A DNA stretch of 36,760 bases from a virus. Its lineage: Duplodnaviria > Caudoviricetes. The DNA is taken from positions 1 to 36,760 of IMG/VR virus record IMGVR_UViG_3300032212_000685. One strand, given 5' to 3'. Each line of letters starts with the position of its first letter. Within the stretch, counting starts at the first letter, position 1. Position numbers and translations under genes: made by a program. Below, piece by piece: positions 9,131 to 17,982 of the stretch. The notes under the pieces are model-generated. The model made no database searches. It was not told where the DNA came from and saw only the letters and a list, made by a program, of their open reading frames with translations.

Positions 9131-9264
9131 TCAAATTTCCTAAGTAAGTGATATAGCGCCGTAGCGTTAATTGATGAATTTCTTTTTCTGCCCAGCCTGT
9201 ACGAGATGCGATAACCAGCGTTAACTTATTAATCGCTTTCGCCAGACTGTTCAGACTCTCCCCG
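9123..9264 (-). other. -2 frameshift extension of tail assembly chaperone
   Basis: CGG GGA GAG site at 9256-9264; shifted frame reads ..SLNSLAKAINKLTLVIASRTGWAEKEIHQLTLRRYITYLGNLSD* and fills the gap to the tape measure. Confidence 0.65.
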
Positions 9265-9618
9265 TGATTCAAATTCCTCTACAACTTTCACCGCCGCGTT
9301 TTCAAGTTCGTTGGCTTTTTCTTGTAGCAAACTTAAATCTTCAGGGTGAAGTGATTTAATGTTATCGAGTGAAAGTGGGCCACTGCAATCATCAATGCTT
9401 TTAATTTGACGACGTAACACATGCACACCCACCATTGTTGGGCTGGGTATAAATTCATGTTGTGGTTTATTTTTTTCATCAAATGTTGTCACAAGCTTTT
9501 CTGATTCTTCTTGCGCTTCAATCACATCACCTGCAGTAGGTTCACGTAAAACGGCCTTTTTAAAGACCGCTTTACCTACCGTTAAACCATGTGTTAAGGG
9601 AACAGTAATTTCACTCAT
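9229..9618 (-). CDS. tail assembly chaperone, Mu gp41-like
   Basis: L.HGL, LRE.TAGD.I.A, L...DL..L motifs; follows tube. Confidence 0.85.
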   Translation of the reverse strand: MSEITVPLTHGLTVGKAVFKKAVLREPTAGDVIEAQEESEKLVTTFDEKNKPQHEFIPSPTMVGVHVLRRQIKSIDDCSGPLSLDNIKSLHPEDLSLLQEKANELENAAVKVVEEFESRGESEQSGESD

Positions 9619-9621
9619 GCC

Positions 9622-9972
9622 CTACACCTTCTCTGGTCTTTGACCACTCATCTTCATTGGTGCTTTTCCGTTACCGGTAAATTCAACTGGTTCAACTGTA
9701 TATGATTTACGCATCATATATTTTTGGCCTGTATCTGCCTCAAAGAAAACAGTTATTCCTTCGATGTCACTCAACTCAATAGCATCAAAATCTTTTGTTT
9801 CTAAAACAGTGAATTCAAGCATAGGTATTTGGCTCTCTTTGGTGAAATAATTATCATCGCCATGCATTTCACCATTTCTTTTATTGCCACCGACATTTAG
9901 TTTTGCTTGATTCTCTGTTGGTATTTTTTTCCCGTCAAAACGGATGTCTACTTTTCCTGTAATTTGACCCAT
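9622..9972 (-). CDS. tail tube protein
   Basis: ITG...I..DG, GG..R, F.ADTG..Y; follows sheath. Confidence 0.85.
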   Translation of the reverse strand: MGQITGKVDIRFDGKKIPTENQAKLNVGGNKRNGEMHGDDNYFTKESQIPMLEFTVLETKDFDAIELSDIEGITVFFEADTGQKYMMRKSYTVEPVEFTGNGKAPMKMSGQRPEKV

Positions 9973-9991
9973 TTTTATTTCTCCTTATCGA

Positions 9992-11449
9992 TTAACGACG
10001 AAATTCGTTGTGAATTGCAGTTACACGCATTTGACCAACCAACTTCGGTGAGTCGTAAATATTTAAACGCGCTGGATCATTAACATCCACTTCTGAATTT
10101 AACGTTTCTTTGTAACCCGCATAATCTTGCACCCAGCCTTTGTCTTCCATTTCTATGTACAGAGCCAATAACTCAGCCTTAGCGATTTTTGGTTGCATCA
10201 CCGGTTGACCCGGTGCGACTCGCATGGTGTCTTCAGCTAACTTATGACGTGGATACTTTTGCGCAAACATGGCACGTTGTTCAAAACGAATGCGCTCCAA
10301 TGTTTCTGGTGTGTTGATATCAAGATAACTGTCATCGGCAAAGCCTGATGTGTTTTCCTGGTACATAGTAACTTGACGTTCAATCATCACGCTGCCATCA
10401 CTTGCCACGGTGTAAGTCGCAATACCATCAAACAATAACTGGTTACGTTCAGTATCTGTCCAACGTGTTTCTTTTGTTGGTGCCATGATGCCGGTCAACT
10501 TCAAACGTTGTAGTGGACGCGCAGGATCAATGCTTAAATATTTCGCACCGATGATTGCATTCACACTTGCCCAAATGTATGGAGGTTGCGGTGATGTGTT
10601 GGTACCCATGCAAGTAACATGTGGGTTGTTGCGACTGTTACCTTGAGTACCCGTTGCAGCATGGCTACCACGGAATGCAGAAAAGGCACGGGCACCAATT
10701 TGACGCATTGGGCCCCAACGACTATCCAGTTCAGTTTCTAACGCAACTAAATTAGCTGTGTCGGTAAACGGCATCACTATCCAGTTGTACCATTCATCAC
10801 CCAATGCAGCGATGGTCGCAGTAACATCAGGATTAGTGGTACCACCGGCCATCACACCAAAGCTCATGACAACACCGCTTGGTGTTTTTTCATCGTAGTA
10901 GTTCATACGAAGGTCAAGGTCATTACCTGTTTCACCTTTCCACTTACACGTGAGGTCAACCTGATTAGTTGTAACACCATTCACAACAGCATTCACAGGC
11001 AATGTTGTATCAGCGGTAATGGCTGCAGCAATGGCTGTGGCAATTTCATCGTCCGTGTCACCAGAGGCCACGCCCACTAAAACTTTTGCACCGGCAATAT
11101 AAATTGCCAGGGTACCGGCACCAGTTGCATCACCCGTTGCCGTGATGGTGCCAGCAGCAGCTGCACCGGCTTCATCTAAAGCAATGGCATAGGTTTCCAT
11201 AAATTTATCAGCGTTTTTAATCGCTTTGATTTGTTCAGCTAACATTGAGCCACGACCAAAGTATTCTTCAGCTTGCTCACCGGTATTAACACGCGTTGCG
11301 ATATCAGCCGCAACGGTACCGGTCGTTAAACGCTGACCAATGACCAGCACTTTAAAGTTGATTGCTGCATTACCGGCAAGACGATTATCAAACTCAACAA
11401 ACGTACCAGGAATACGAAGGGCTGCTGGGATTTCATTAAATGCAATCAT
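9992..11449 (-). CDS. tail sheath protein, Mu gpL-like
   Basis: F..IP..LR.PG...EFDN, FG.GSML, DPARPLQ, ERN.LL..GIAT, D.SYLD, KYPRHKLA. Confidence 0.95.
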   Translation of the reverse strand: MIAFNEIPAALRIPGTFVEFDNRLAGNAAINFKVLVIGQRLTTGTVAADIATRVNTGEQAEEYFGRGSMLAEQIKAIKNADKFMETYAIALDEAGAAAAGTITATGDATGAGTLAIYIAGAKVLVGVASGDTDDEIATAIAAAITADTTLPVNAVVNGVTTNQVDLTCKWKGETGNDLDLRMNYYDEKTPSGVVMSFGVMAGGTTNPDVTATIAALGDEWYNWIVMPFTDTANLVALETELDSRWGPMRQIGARAFSAFRGSHAATGTQGNSRNNPHVTCMGTNTSPQPPYIWASVNAIIGAKYLSIDPARPLQRLKLTGIMAPTKETRWTDTERNQLLFDGIATYTVASDGSVMIERQVTMYQENTSGFADDSYLDINTPETLERIRFEQRAMFAQKYPRHKLAEDTMRVAPGQPVMQPKIAKAELLALYIEMEDKGWVQDYAGYKETLNSEVDVNDPARLNIYDSPKLVGQMRVTAIHNEFRR

Positions 11450-11455
11450 GTTTTA

Positions 11456-11653
11456 TTACTCCTGATTAGTTTTTTCTTTTGTTTTTTTAGGTGCTTTTGC
11501 TTTAACAACATCACCATCATTCATACGGCGTAACCAATAAGCATCGTAAGTGACAAACTCACCCTCAACTTTTAAATGGCGGTTACGTTCTGGGTTACGC
11601 ACCAATACTTTTTCATTGGCAGGTTTTACAAAAATTTTAACGGGCTGGCTCAT
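11456..11653 (-). CDS. Mu gp38-like protein (DUF2635)
   Basis: VKPA..VR.P, G..V....YW.RR..DGDV. Confidence 0.88.
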   Translation of the reverse strand: MSQPVKIFVKPANEKVLVRNPERNRHLKVEGEFVTYDAYWLRRMNDGDVVKAKAPKKTKEKTNQE

Positions 11654-11665
11654 AATTAAAGTTCC

Positions 11666-12202
11666 TTATTGTGGTATCGTTTCATTATCAATTGCAGCAG
11701 GCTCGTCTTCGCCTGGTGCCATTGAATGTTCAGCGTGATACGTTTCAAAATTACTTAATGCGTTTAAGTCCATCGTGTATTCAAATGCAAAGTTAGGAAT
11801 GGTTAAAGTAACCGCATGAACTCGCGCACCTTTTTTATCTTTGTTAATAGAAAATAAGTTATCTATTCGACTGGCGCGGATCGTGCCAACATCAGTTATT
11901 GTTTCGCCATGTAATGCAGGCACCACAACATTCAAAATATCGTCTGGCCCAAGTACGCGCTCATCATTTTTTGGATCGGTAACAACATAAACAACCCAAC
12001 TGGCATTGAAGGTGGCATTGTTAAAATCACCCGCTTCACGCCCACCAACAAAAGCAACATAAATAGACGGTGTTGTTGTCATCCATCGGTTTAATACCTC
12101 ATCAGTTAATCGACCAGGTAATTCATCAACATCACGCAACTTGGTTTTAAGTGCGCTGGCTTTGATTAAATTAATAATTTGTTGAGTGGTTGAAATAATC
12201 AT
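11666..12202 (-). CDS. tail terminator/neck protein, Mu gp37-like (DUF1834)
   Basis: Position; P.IYVAF.GG motif. Confidence 0.7.
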   Translation of the reverse strand: MIISTTQQIINLIKASALKTKLRDVDELPGRLTDEVLNRWMTTTPSIYVAFVGGREAGDFNNATFNASWVVYVVTDPKNDERVLGPDDILNVVVPALHGETITDVGTIRASRIDNLFSINKDKKGARVHAVTLTIPNFAFEYTMDLNALSNFETYHAEHSMAPGEDEPAAIDNETIPQ

Positions 12203-12645
12203 TAACCGTTCACCACCGACTGATAAAAGTCATCAACAATATAATTAATTTCATCTTCATCATCGGCATTAATGCCCATAACTGGTCGCGGAGGTAATTC
12301 AGTTGAATGATTGCGGCCTGTCTTTCCACCGAAGTGTTGAATGGCGGCATAGACCATATCTGAACCATGCTCAACACCGGAACCATCAATGAAAACATTG
12401 TGTGTATATGAGTCGCGTAAGTGGCCATAATCAACTAATGTTTTTCCGCCTTCTTTTAATGCACGCTGGCTTGGTATTAATGCGTTACCTTCCCAGTCTT
12501 CGCCACTAATAAAACGGCGAGCAACTTCACTATCTAAATAGCCACCAACTTCATCAAACATTGGACGGGTATCAACATCACTAAGCCGTGATAAAAATTC
12601 ACGCGCTGCAGTGTCATCAATGCTATGAACTAAACGAACCCCCAT
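12202..12645 (-). CDS. virion morphogenesis protein, Mu gpG-like
   Basis: L.D.G.L..S, GS...YAAIQHFGG, P.RP.MG motifs. Confidence 0.88.
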   Translation of the reverse strand: MGVRLVHSIDDTAAREFLSRLSDVDTRPMFDEVGGYLDSEVARRFISGEDWEGNALIPSQRALKEGGKTLVDYGHLRDSYTHNVFIDGSGVEHGSDMVYAAIQHFGGKTGRNHSTELPPRPVMGINADDEDEINYIVDDFYQSVVNG

Positions 12646-13133
12646 TAAAATGTCCCCCAGTCAGTTTTGCTTTGACCTTGGCCTGTTTTAATACGGCCTT
12701 GTGCTGTTGCGGTACCCGTGTCTTGTTCACCAAGACTGGCTTTGTTCATTGAAATATCACGCAGCCATGAACGTGCCTGGACAAAACGGTTTTCAACTTC
12801 TTCAGTAACACGATCATCACTTAAACGATGCCGTGTAATATCAGCGCATACATCAGACAACGAACTACCATCAATTAACGCTTGCGTTAAGGGCAACGTG
12901 TATCGAGGGCTGATGTATGAGTTGATAAAGTTTGTTGCACTTGTTAATGCTTTATTGATTTTCACCAATGCCTGGTCTGCTGCTGCAGTATCAGCTGCTG
13001 AATAAGCAGTGCGATCACCTTCTTCAACCGTTAACCGAATGAGTGTTTCATCAACTGCTGGGTTTACAGAAGACAATAAGGCGACTTCCTTTTCGCCAAA
13101 TAAATCAAGTAACTGTAATGCTGTGGTATACAT
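12645..13133 (-). CDS. head-tail connector, Mu gp36-like (DUF1320)
   Basis: MY.T, AL..A...I.SY...RY.LPL, C.DI..H.L, A..WL..I. Confidence 0.88.
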   Translation of the reverse strand: MYTTALQLLDLFGEKEVALLSSVNPAVDETLIRLTVEEGDRTAYSAADTAAADQALVKINKALTSATNFINSYISPRYTLPLTQALIDGSSLSDVCADITRHRLSDDRVTEEVENRFVQARSWLRDISMNKASLGEQDTGTATAQGRIKTGQGQSKTDWGTF

Positions 13134-13137
13134 TTAG

Positions 13138-13533
13138 TTATTCTTTACCTTCTGCTTCAAGTACTTCCATCCATGCCTGATTGCGTTCTTCAGCCTTTAC
13201 TTTCCAGCCCAGCATTTCAGTCAACACGTTTGCATCCGGCATTCCACCTGCCGTCCATTTTGTTTGGTCTTCTTTATCAAGCTTTGCAGCTTCAACTTTA
13301 ATAGCCGCAATGCGATCAGCTAGTTCTTCAGGTGCCTTGTTTAAATTAACGATATTTGTGTTGTTACCTTCAGAAGTCTTTCCATCTTTACCTAGTAAAC
13401 TGATAACAGGCGGATTTGTTTCCAGTAATGGTTTTGCATCTTTATCACTTAATGTGATGCTGTCACCAACTTCATATTGTTTGTCCATTAACAAACGATG
13501 GTCGACTTGATATTTTACTTCAGAGTTGCTCAT
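13138..13533 (-). CDS. Mu gp35-like protein (start revised to MSNSEV)
   Basis: GGAG SD; WT.GG.P....L...LG..V...ER..AW C-terminal motif; follows capsid. Confidence 0.6.
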   Translation of the reverse strand: MSNSEVKYQVDHRLLMDKQYEVGDSITLSDKDAKPLLETNPPVISLLGKDGKTSEGNNTNIVNLNKAPEELADRIAAIKVEAAKLDKEDQTKWTAGGMPDANVLTEMLGWKVKAEERNQAWMEVLEAEGKE

Positions 13534-13558
13534 GATTTTTTCTCCGGTTATCGGCTCC

Positions 13559-13586
13559 CTGGTCATGTGGGTACCCACATGACCAG
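13559..13586. repeat. perfect 28-bp palindrome downstream of capsid gene
   Basis: ctggtcatgtgggtacccacatgaccag equals its own reverse complement. Confidence 0.9.
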
Positions 13587-13619
13587 ATCATCACCTTCGC
13601 TTCTTTTGGGGTTATGCTT

Positions 13620-14546
13620 TTACGCTACTGCGTTTTGAATGAAGTACGCCAGGTCATTCGCAGTAATGAGTTCTTTAACAGATTCACCAACACGTACACG
13701 TTGTCCACCACGCAAGCCGATATCCGAATCTTCTTTTGCGCCTGCAACACGATTTCCATGTTGTGCGGTTAAGGCAAACGTCATACCTGAACGGGTATCT
13801 GCCATCACGTCACGATATTGCAAACTAATGTGTTTACCCCATGCACGTTGTAAGGCAGCAGCTTGACCTTTTTTAGCAGTATTGATTCGTGCTTCACCAA
13901 CAAGGATGTCTTCGAGCTCAAATAACTCTTTAATTGCATCACGATGAGCAACACCTTTGTCACCACTATTACCATGCGCTGCTTTAACGATATCTGGATG
14001 ACGTGCTAATACTGAATATGCCTGGCGGCCAATGGTCATGATGTTGCCACGCATCACCATGCCATCGAGTGCATCCATTAATACACCGATAGGATCAGAG
14101 TTTGCAAAATCACTAAACTGATTCACACCCGCTAATGTTTGCTGGCTACCTGCTGCATAGTTCGCGGCATTGAAAACCATATTGGCTACACGCACTTCAC
14201 GACCTAGTTCAATCAGGTTTGAAGTTTGTTCTACCGACTTGCCCAGTGGATCATAATTTTCTGGTGCGTTGTCGATATCGGCTTGAGGGATTTTATCGTC
14301 AAGACCAAAGTCAACAGTCGATGCTGTTTCTTCAGTTGCAGAGAAACTCACTTCATTGGGTGCAGACTTTCGACCCACCTTTGTATCTGGAACAGTGAAG
14401 CCTTCAGCCATGTTGTGTTTAAGATATTTGAAATCTTCTTTGTTAACAGGAACACGCGGTGCAACTTCATCAGCAATCATGCGTGTGTTTTTATACGCAA
14501 TTGAAATGGCCGTTAAGTCTGGTTGAATAGGAAATGGTGCTGGCAT
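13620..14546 (-). CDS. major capsid protein (appears gpE-family rather than Mu gpT)
   Basis: 308 aa after protease and decoration gene; P.LT.I.IAY.N..IAD...P.VPV, E.RVA, SDP, ..LF....I.VG.A, WG motifs. Confidence 0.85.
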   Translation of the reverse strand: MPAPFPIQPDLTAISIAYKNTRMIADEVAPRVPVNKEDFKYLKHNMAEGFTVPDTKVGRKSAPNEVSFSATEETASTVDFGLDDKIPQADIDNAPENYDPLGKSVEQTSNLIELGREVRVANMVFNAANYAAGSQQTLAGVNQFSDFANSDPIGVLMDALDGMVMRGNIMTIGRQAYSVLARHPDIVKAAHGNSGDKGVAHRDAIKELFELEDILVGEARINTAKKGQAAALQRAWGKHISLQYRDVMADTRSGMTFALTAQHGNRVAGAKEDSDIGLRGGQRVRVGESVKELITANDLAYFIQNAVA

Positions 14547-14587
14547 AATGTGTTACTCCTAATTTAAATTTTTAATAAAGTGATTGA

Positions 14588-14959
14588 TTAACCTTGCATT
14601 ACGCCAGGTGCATAATCCATTGGGCCGATATCACCATCCGCAGCATCTACAGATGCGAAACCAATGATGCGTACATTTGCTCCTGCCGCTGGTGCAGCTT
14701 TAACCGCTTTACCATTTGCATCGGAAACTAATTCATCACCACGCGAGACGACACCACCGTATTCAACGTCGGGTTGGCCACCTTGATTAATATCAATACG
14801 CTCGCCTATATCAGCGCCAAGCTCACCGGCAATACCAAATACTTTGTCTGCTGCTGCTGCACCTTGAAGCACTTCATCATCTGAAGTACCGCGCTTAACA
14901 ATACGAAAAGCAGTAATGGCACCTTCAGCAACATAATTTTTTGTAAAAGTCGGGTTCAT
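14588..14959 (-). CDS. head decoration/cement protein (DUF2190-like)
   Basis: Small Gly/Ala-rich; VE.GG.V..GD.L.SDA.GKAV, G.A...AA.GD. Confidence 0.7.
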   Translation of the reverse strand: MNPTFTKNYVAEGAITAFRIVKRGTSDDEVLQGAAAADKVFGIAGELGADIGERIDINQGGQPDVEYGGVVSRGDELVSDANGKAVKAAPAAGANVRIIGFASVDAADGDIGPMDYAPGVMQG

Positions 14960-15000
14960 AATTTATTTCTCCTGTTAGCCTTATTTATAAATAAGCCTGA

Positions 15001-15519
15001 TTACGAGTTTTGTTTTTTAACGTGAGCAACCGCCTGGCTAACACTGACTGTGATGCCTTTATCCGATTGTTCTTTTTGATATTCCATTGCGGCATTAGCA
15101 ATGGCTTGTGCATCATCACCATCAACACCACCAGATTCACCAGCGCCACTTTCATTAAGGTCAATTTGCTTGCCGAGTGATTTAGTGAAATCGTTAAACC
15201 AATCGAGCGGTGATTTTTTAAATGTTTCTTCCTTGCCTTCTTCACCTGCAGAGAATTCAAAGTTAGCTTCATCGCTATCTGAAAGTTGCAACATGAATTC
15301 AGCCATGCCTTCAGCTTGAGCAGGTAGTAACTTTCCTTGATCTACAAGCTCAGCAATGTTTTTACTGAACTCAACACCTAAACGCTTATTACGCTCAGCT
15401 GTTAACTCTGTTTCATGTTCTTTTTGTTTGCTGGCAAACTCTGCTTCAACTTCTTCGCGCGCTTTTTTTGCAGCTTCTTCTTTTGCTGCATCAAGTTCAG
15501 CTTGTGAGAACTCAGACAT
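15001..15519 (-). CDS. nested in-frame scaffold protein (Mu Z-like internal start)
   Basis: AGGAG SD upstream of in-frame ATG 15519 (MSEFSQAELDAAK), after a Pro/Ser linker. Confidence 0.65.
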   Translation of the reverse strand: MSEFSQAELDAAKEEAAKKAREEVEAEFASKQKEHETELTAERNKRLGVEFSKNIAELVDQGKLLPAQAEGMAEFMLQLSDSDEANFEFSAGEEGKEETFKKSPLDWFNDFTKSLGKQIDLNESGAGESGGVDGDDAQAIANAAMEYQKEQSDKGITVSVSQAVAHVKKQNS

Positions 15520-16197
15520 GGGTTCATCTCCTGTTTTTTTAGGTTCGGGTTGTGAAAAGGATGTGGGGGTATCACTGTCTTCATCACGCAATCGATTTGC
15601 ATGCTCAGACATTGATTCGATTTCATAATCTGGAAGAACAGCATCGGCTTTTTCAACACCGAATTGCTCTATAAAGAAATCACGCATTCGGCGCATCATG
15701 CGACTTAATGTATTTGGCGTGTAGCTGTCAGATGAATAATCAAAGCATTCATCATCAGTCGATGCATTGTAGATAGAGTCCATGCCTTCAATGGCTGGAG
15801 GTACTGCACCTAAGAAGCCAATGTGTTTTAAATAAAAACCATCAGCACCCTTACCAATACGAATAGAACGGTTTGGCCATAAGCCATCTTCTACACCTTT
15901 GGCAAACTCATCATGAAGCTTGTCACCTTTAACAGATAGCACATTACCTTCACGCTTTAGGTCTTGAATCCAACCATAAGCTGGTGCATCTGTTTGAGGG
16001 TGACCAATCACCATTGGTGCACCACTGAAGATGTTCTTATCTATAAGCTTCTTGGTGTTGGTTACAATTTGGTCGAGTTCATCTTCAGTCCAAACTTTCT
16101 TTGTACCGTTAGAGTCAACTTGTTCACCACCAACAAAGGCAGGGAAAAAGTCGTCGAGACCTTTGAAGTCATGTGTTTTTGTTTTTGATTTGTCCAT
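15001..16197 (-). CDS. prohead protease/scaffold, Mu gpI-like (start revised to MDKSK)
   Basis: P.VIGHP..APAYGW, RS, HIGFLGA.PPA..G motifs; acidic coiled-coil C-terminus. Confidence 0.88.
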   Translation of the reverse strand: MDKSKTKTHDFKGLDDFFPAFVGGEQVDSNGTKKVWTEDELDQIVTNTKKLIDKNIFSGAPMVIGHPQTDAPAYGWIQDLKREGNVLSVKGDKLHDEFAKGVEDGLWPNRSIRIGKGADGFYLKHIGFLGAVPPAIEGMDSIYNASTDDECFDYSSDSYTPNTLSRMMRRMRDFFIEQFGVEKADAVLPDYEIESMSEHANRLRDEDSDTPTSFSQPEPKKTGDEPMSEFSQAELDAAKEEAAKKAREEVEAEFASKQKEHETELTAERNKRLGVEFSKNIAELVDQGKLLPAQAEGMAEFMLQLSDSDEANFEFSAGEEGKEETFKKSPLDWFNDFTKSLGKQIDLNESGAGESGGVDGDDAQAIANAAMEYQKEQSDKGITVSVSQAVAHVKKQNS

Positions 16198-16204
16198 GCC
16201 GTAA

Positions 16205-16254
16205 AGCATGAGGGAAAGGCGGGTTTTGAAATAGTCGTGAATTATTTCACTACT
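16205..16254 (-). promoter_or_regulatory. late promoter of head/tail operon (activator palindrome + CATGCT -10)
   Basis: agtagtgaaataattcacgact (16254-16233), 22 nt, CATGCT, 7 nt, ATG; 18/22 identical to box at 29341. Confidence 0.75.
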
Positions 16255-16343
16255 ACTTATTTGCGGTGCTTTTTATATGCTGCATGTACTTGAAGACAAA
16301 CGCAAGCGATAAATTTTAACTACAACAAAAGAGGAAAATAATT

Positions 16344-16757
16344 ATGCTTGGTTCTATTAATAAGAACAGCTATGTCATTTTGGCATTACTGATGAGTATG
16401 ACGATGATGATTGTAATGGCCGGACCAGCTACGGCTGCGGGTTGTTCTAACCCAGCTCATCAACACTTTATTTCTTTTAACTCAACAGAAACAATGCAGC
16501 CAGTAGCAGTAGCGGCCACTAAACGAATGTCTATCGGCCCTGGTAGCGGTGATGTTTTAGTTGCAGATAAAGTAGCTGATAATATTAGTTCATATAATAA
16601 GAGTGCCACCCATCATACAATTGCAGATAGTGGCTCCGTCTATTTATATAAACAAAGTCAATCGGTATCGACACATCATAGTAATCGACATGCTTTGACT
16701 GTGGCCTTTAAACATCGATCACCACCTGATGGTTGGCATGATGTGAAGCGACAATAA
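16344..16757 (+). CDS. hypothetical exported protein, His/Ser-rich
   Basis: GAGG SD; hydrophobic N-terminus ending ATA-A; ends before bidirectional terminator. Confidence 0.65.
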   Translation: MLGSINKNSYVILALLMSMTMMIVMAGPATAAGCSNPAHQHFISFNSTETMQPVAVAATKRMSIGPGSGDVLVADKVADNISSYNKSATHHTIADSGSVYLYKQSQSVSTHHSNRHALTVAFKHRSPPDGWHDVKRQ

Positions 16758-16779
16758 AGTAGTAACAAAATATAGATAT

Positions 16780-16808
16780 AAAAAAGGCCGCTTGAAGCGG
16801 CCTTTTTT
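16780..16808. terminator. bidirectional intrinsic terminator
   Basis: aaaaaa-ggccgc-ttgaa-gcggcc-tttttt between convergent genes. Confidence 0.9.
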
Positions 16809-16810
16809 TA

Positions 16811-17353
16811 TTATGATTTTTCTTTTAGAGGAACAATAGCATGCTCTCTAATATCAATTATTTGTGAAAACCATCGCTGATACCATGTGATTTTGACGGC
16901 TGGTGAATAGTTCATATCATACCCCATAGAACGCAGTAATTCATTATAGCAAATCGAATCTAGAACTCTTAAAGGTGGTGGCTCATCTGCTTCGATGTCC
17001 AAACGCTCAGCATAGAATACATTGTATTTTTCATCAGCTACGTCATTGTCCAGAAGAAGAGCCTTTTCCAGACTGGTAAACCTTCTGGATAAATCTGAGT
17101 GCAATCTTGCCTTTGATGATGTGCCCACTATTAAGTCTATAATAGAAAAAGCAGTTACTATCGCAGCCAGAATCACAGCAACCATCTTATGCTCCTTTAA
17201 AACAGCATAGATTGATGATGAACCAAATATTAATGATACAGCAGATGTGGTTTTGCTGAATCGTTCATAAAAAGCTACTCGCCGATTGTGATAGCGCACT
17301 GAACGCTGGATATCAAACAGCAGCTGCTCTTTTTTGCTAGAGTCGTCAGTCAT
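16811..17353 (-). CDS. two-TM SLATT-like protein
   Basis: RS.RYH..R..FY, two hydrophobic segments, KA.LH..L..RF..L pattern. Confidence 0.6.
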   Translation of the reverse strand: MTDDSSKKEQLLFDIQRSVRYHNRRVAFYERFSKTTSAVSLIFGSSSIYAVLKEHKMVAVILAAIVTAFSIIDLIVGTSSKARLHSDLSRRFTSLEKALLLDNDVADEKYNVFYAERLDIEADEPPPLRVLDSICYNELLRSMGYDMNYSPAVKITWYQRWFSQIIDIREHAIVPLKEKS

Positions 17354-17355
17354 GG

Positions 17356-17529
17356 TTATTTTTTGCCTTGTTTACCACCTGAGCTTGGCTTTGTTGTAGG
17401 GGCAGGATGCGTGTTTGATATTTGACTATCAGTTATACCTTTGATGTTATTGATTGACTCTGATATATCACTGGGTTGTCTGTTTCCAGTCTTATTTCTG
17501 GTGTTGTTTTGGTTTTTCTTTGTCATCAT
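17356..17529 (-). CDS. small hydrophilic protein upstream of SLATT-like gene
   Basis: AGGAG SD before MMTKK; Pro/Lys-rich tail; abuts next start. Confidence 0.55.
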   Translation of the reverse strand: MMTKKNQNNTRNKTGNRQPSDISESINNIKGITDSQISNTHPAPTTKPSSGGKQGKK

Positions 17530-17542
17530 TTTCTCCTGTTTT

Positions 17543-17920
17543 TTATAATTCAATTTTTAATTCTTTTCTTGCCACATCCCAAAAATCTTTTACCACGGCT
17601 TTAAAGTGTTCCAATTTTTGATCTGGGTCACCCGTATTATCTGTGCTATTCAACACTGCCACTATCGCATCAATTTTTGATGTTGTTTGCTTAGTAGATA
17701 TGAGCCGCATCTTTTGTAAAGCTCTATACACATCACCCAGACAATCAGATGCTTCGTTCTTCCTGTTTTCACTTAAAAGAACAAACGCTGAATTTGCGCT
17801 TGTAATAAAATCTAAGTACGTCTCCATTCTCTGTTCTTGAAAGCGACTTTCATCAGCATGCTTTAGTTGCCTGTCCTGAATTTTCCAGGTAACAAAGCCA
17901 CCCACTGCAACACCACCCAA
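17543..17920 (-). CDS. membrane-anchored hypothetical protein (start uncertain)
   Basis: Frame open upstream through a TM-like FDWNLLITALTGLGGVAVGGFVTW; helical C-terminus. Confidence 0.6.
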   Translation of the reverse strand: MGGVAVGGFVTWKIQDRQLKHADESRFQEQRMETYLDFITSANSAFVLLSENRKNEASDCLGDVYRALQKMRLISTKQTTSKIDAIVAVLNSTDNTGDPDQKLEHFKAVVKDFWDVARKELKIEL

Positions 17921-17982
17921 ACCAGTGAGCGCAGTTATTAATAAATTCCAATCAAACGTTGCGACTTCTTCAAGTCGCCATA

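Noticed and set aside
16198-16209. ORF-track protease start MLYG at 16209
   Set aside because: That ATG lies inside the CATGCT -10 element shared with the lysis promoter; 16197 fits better
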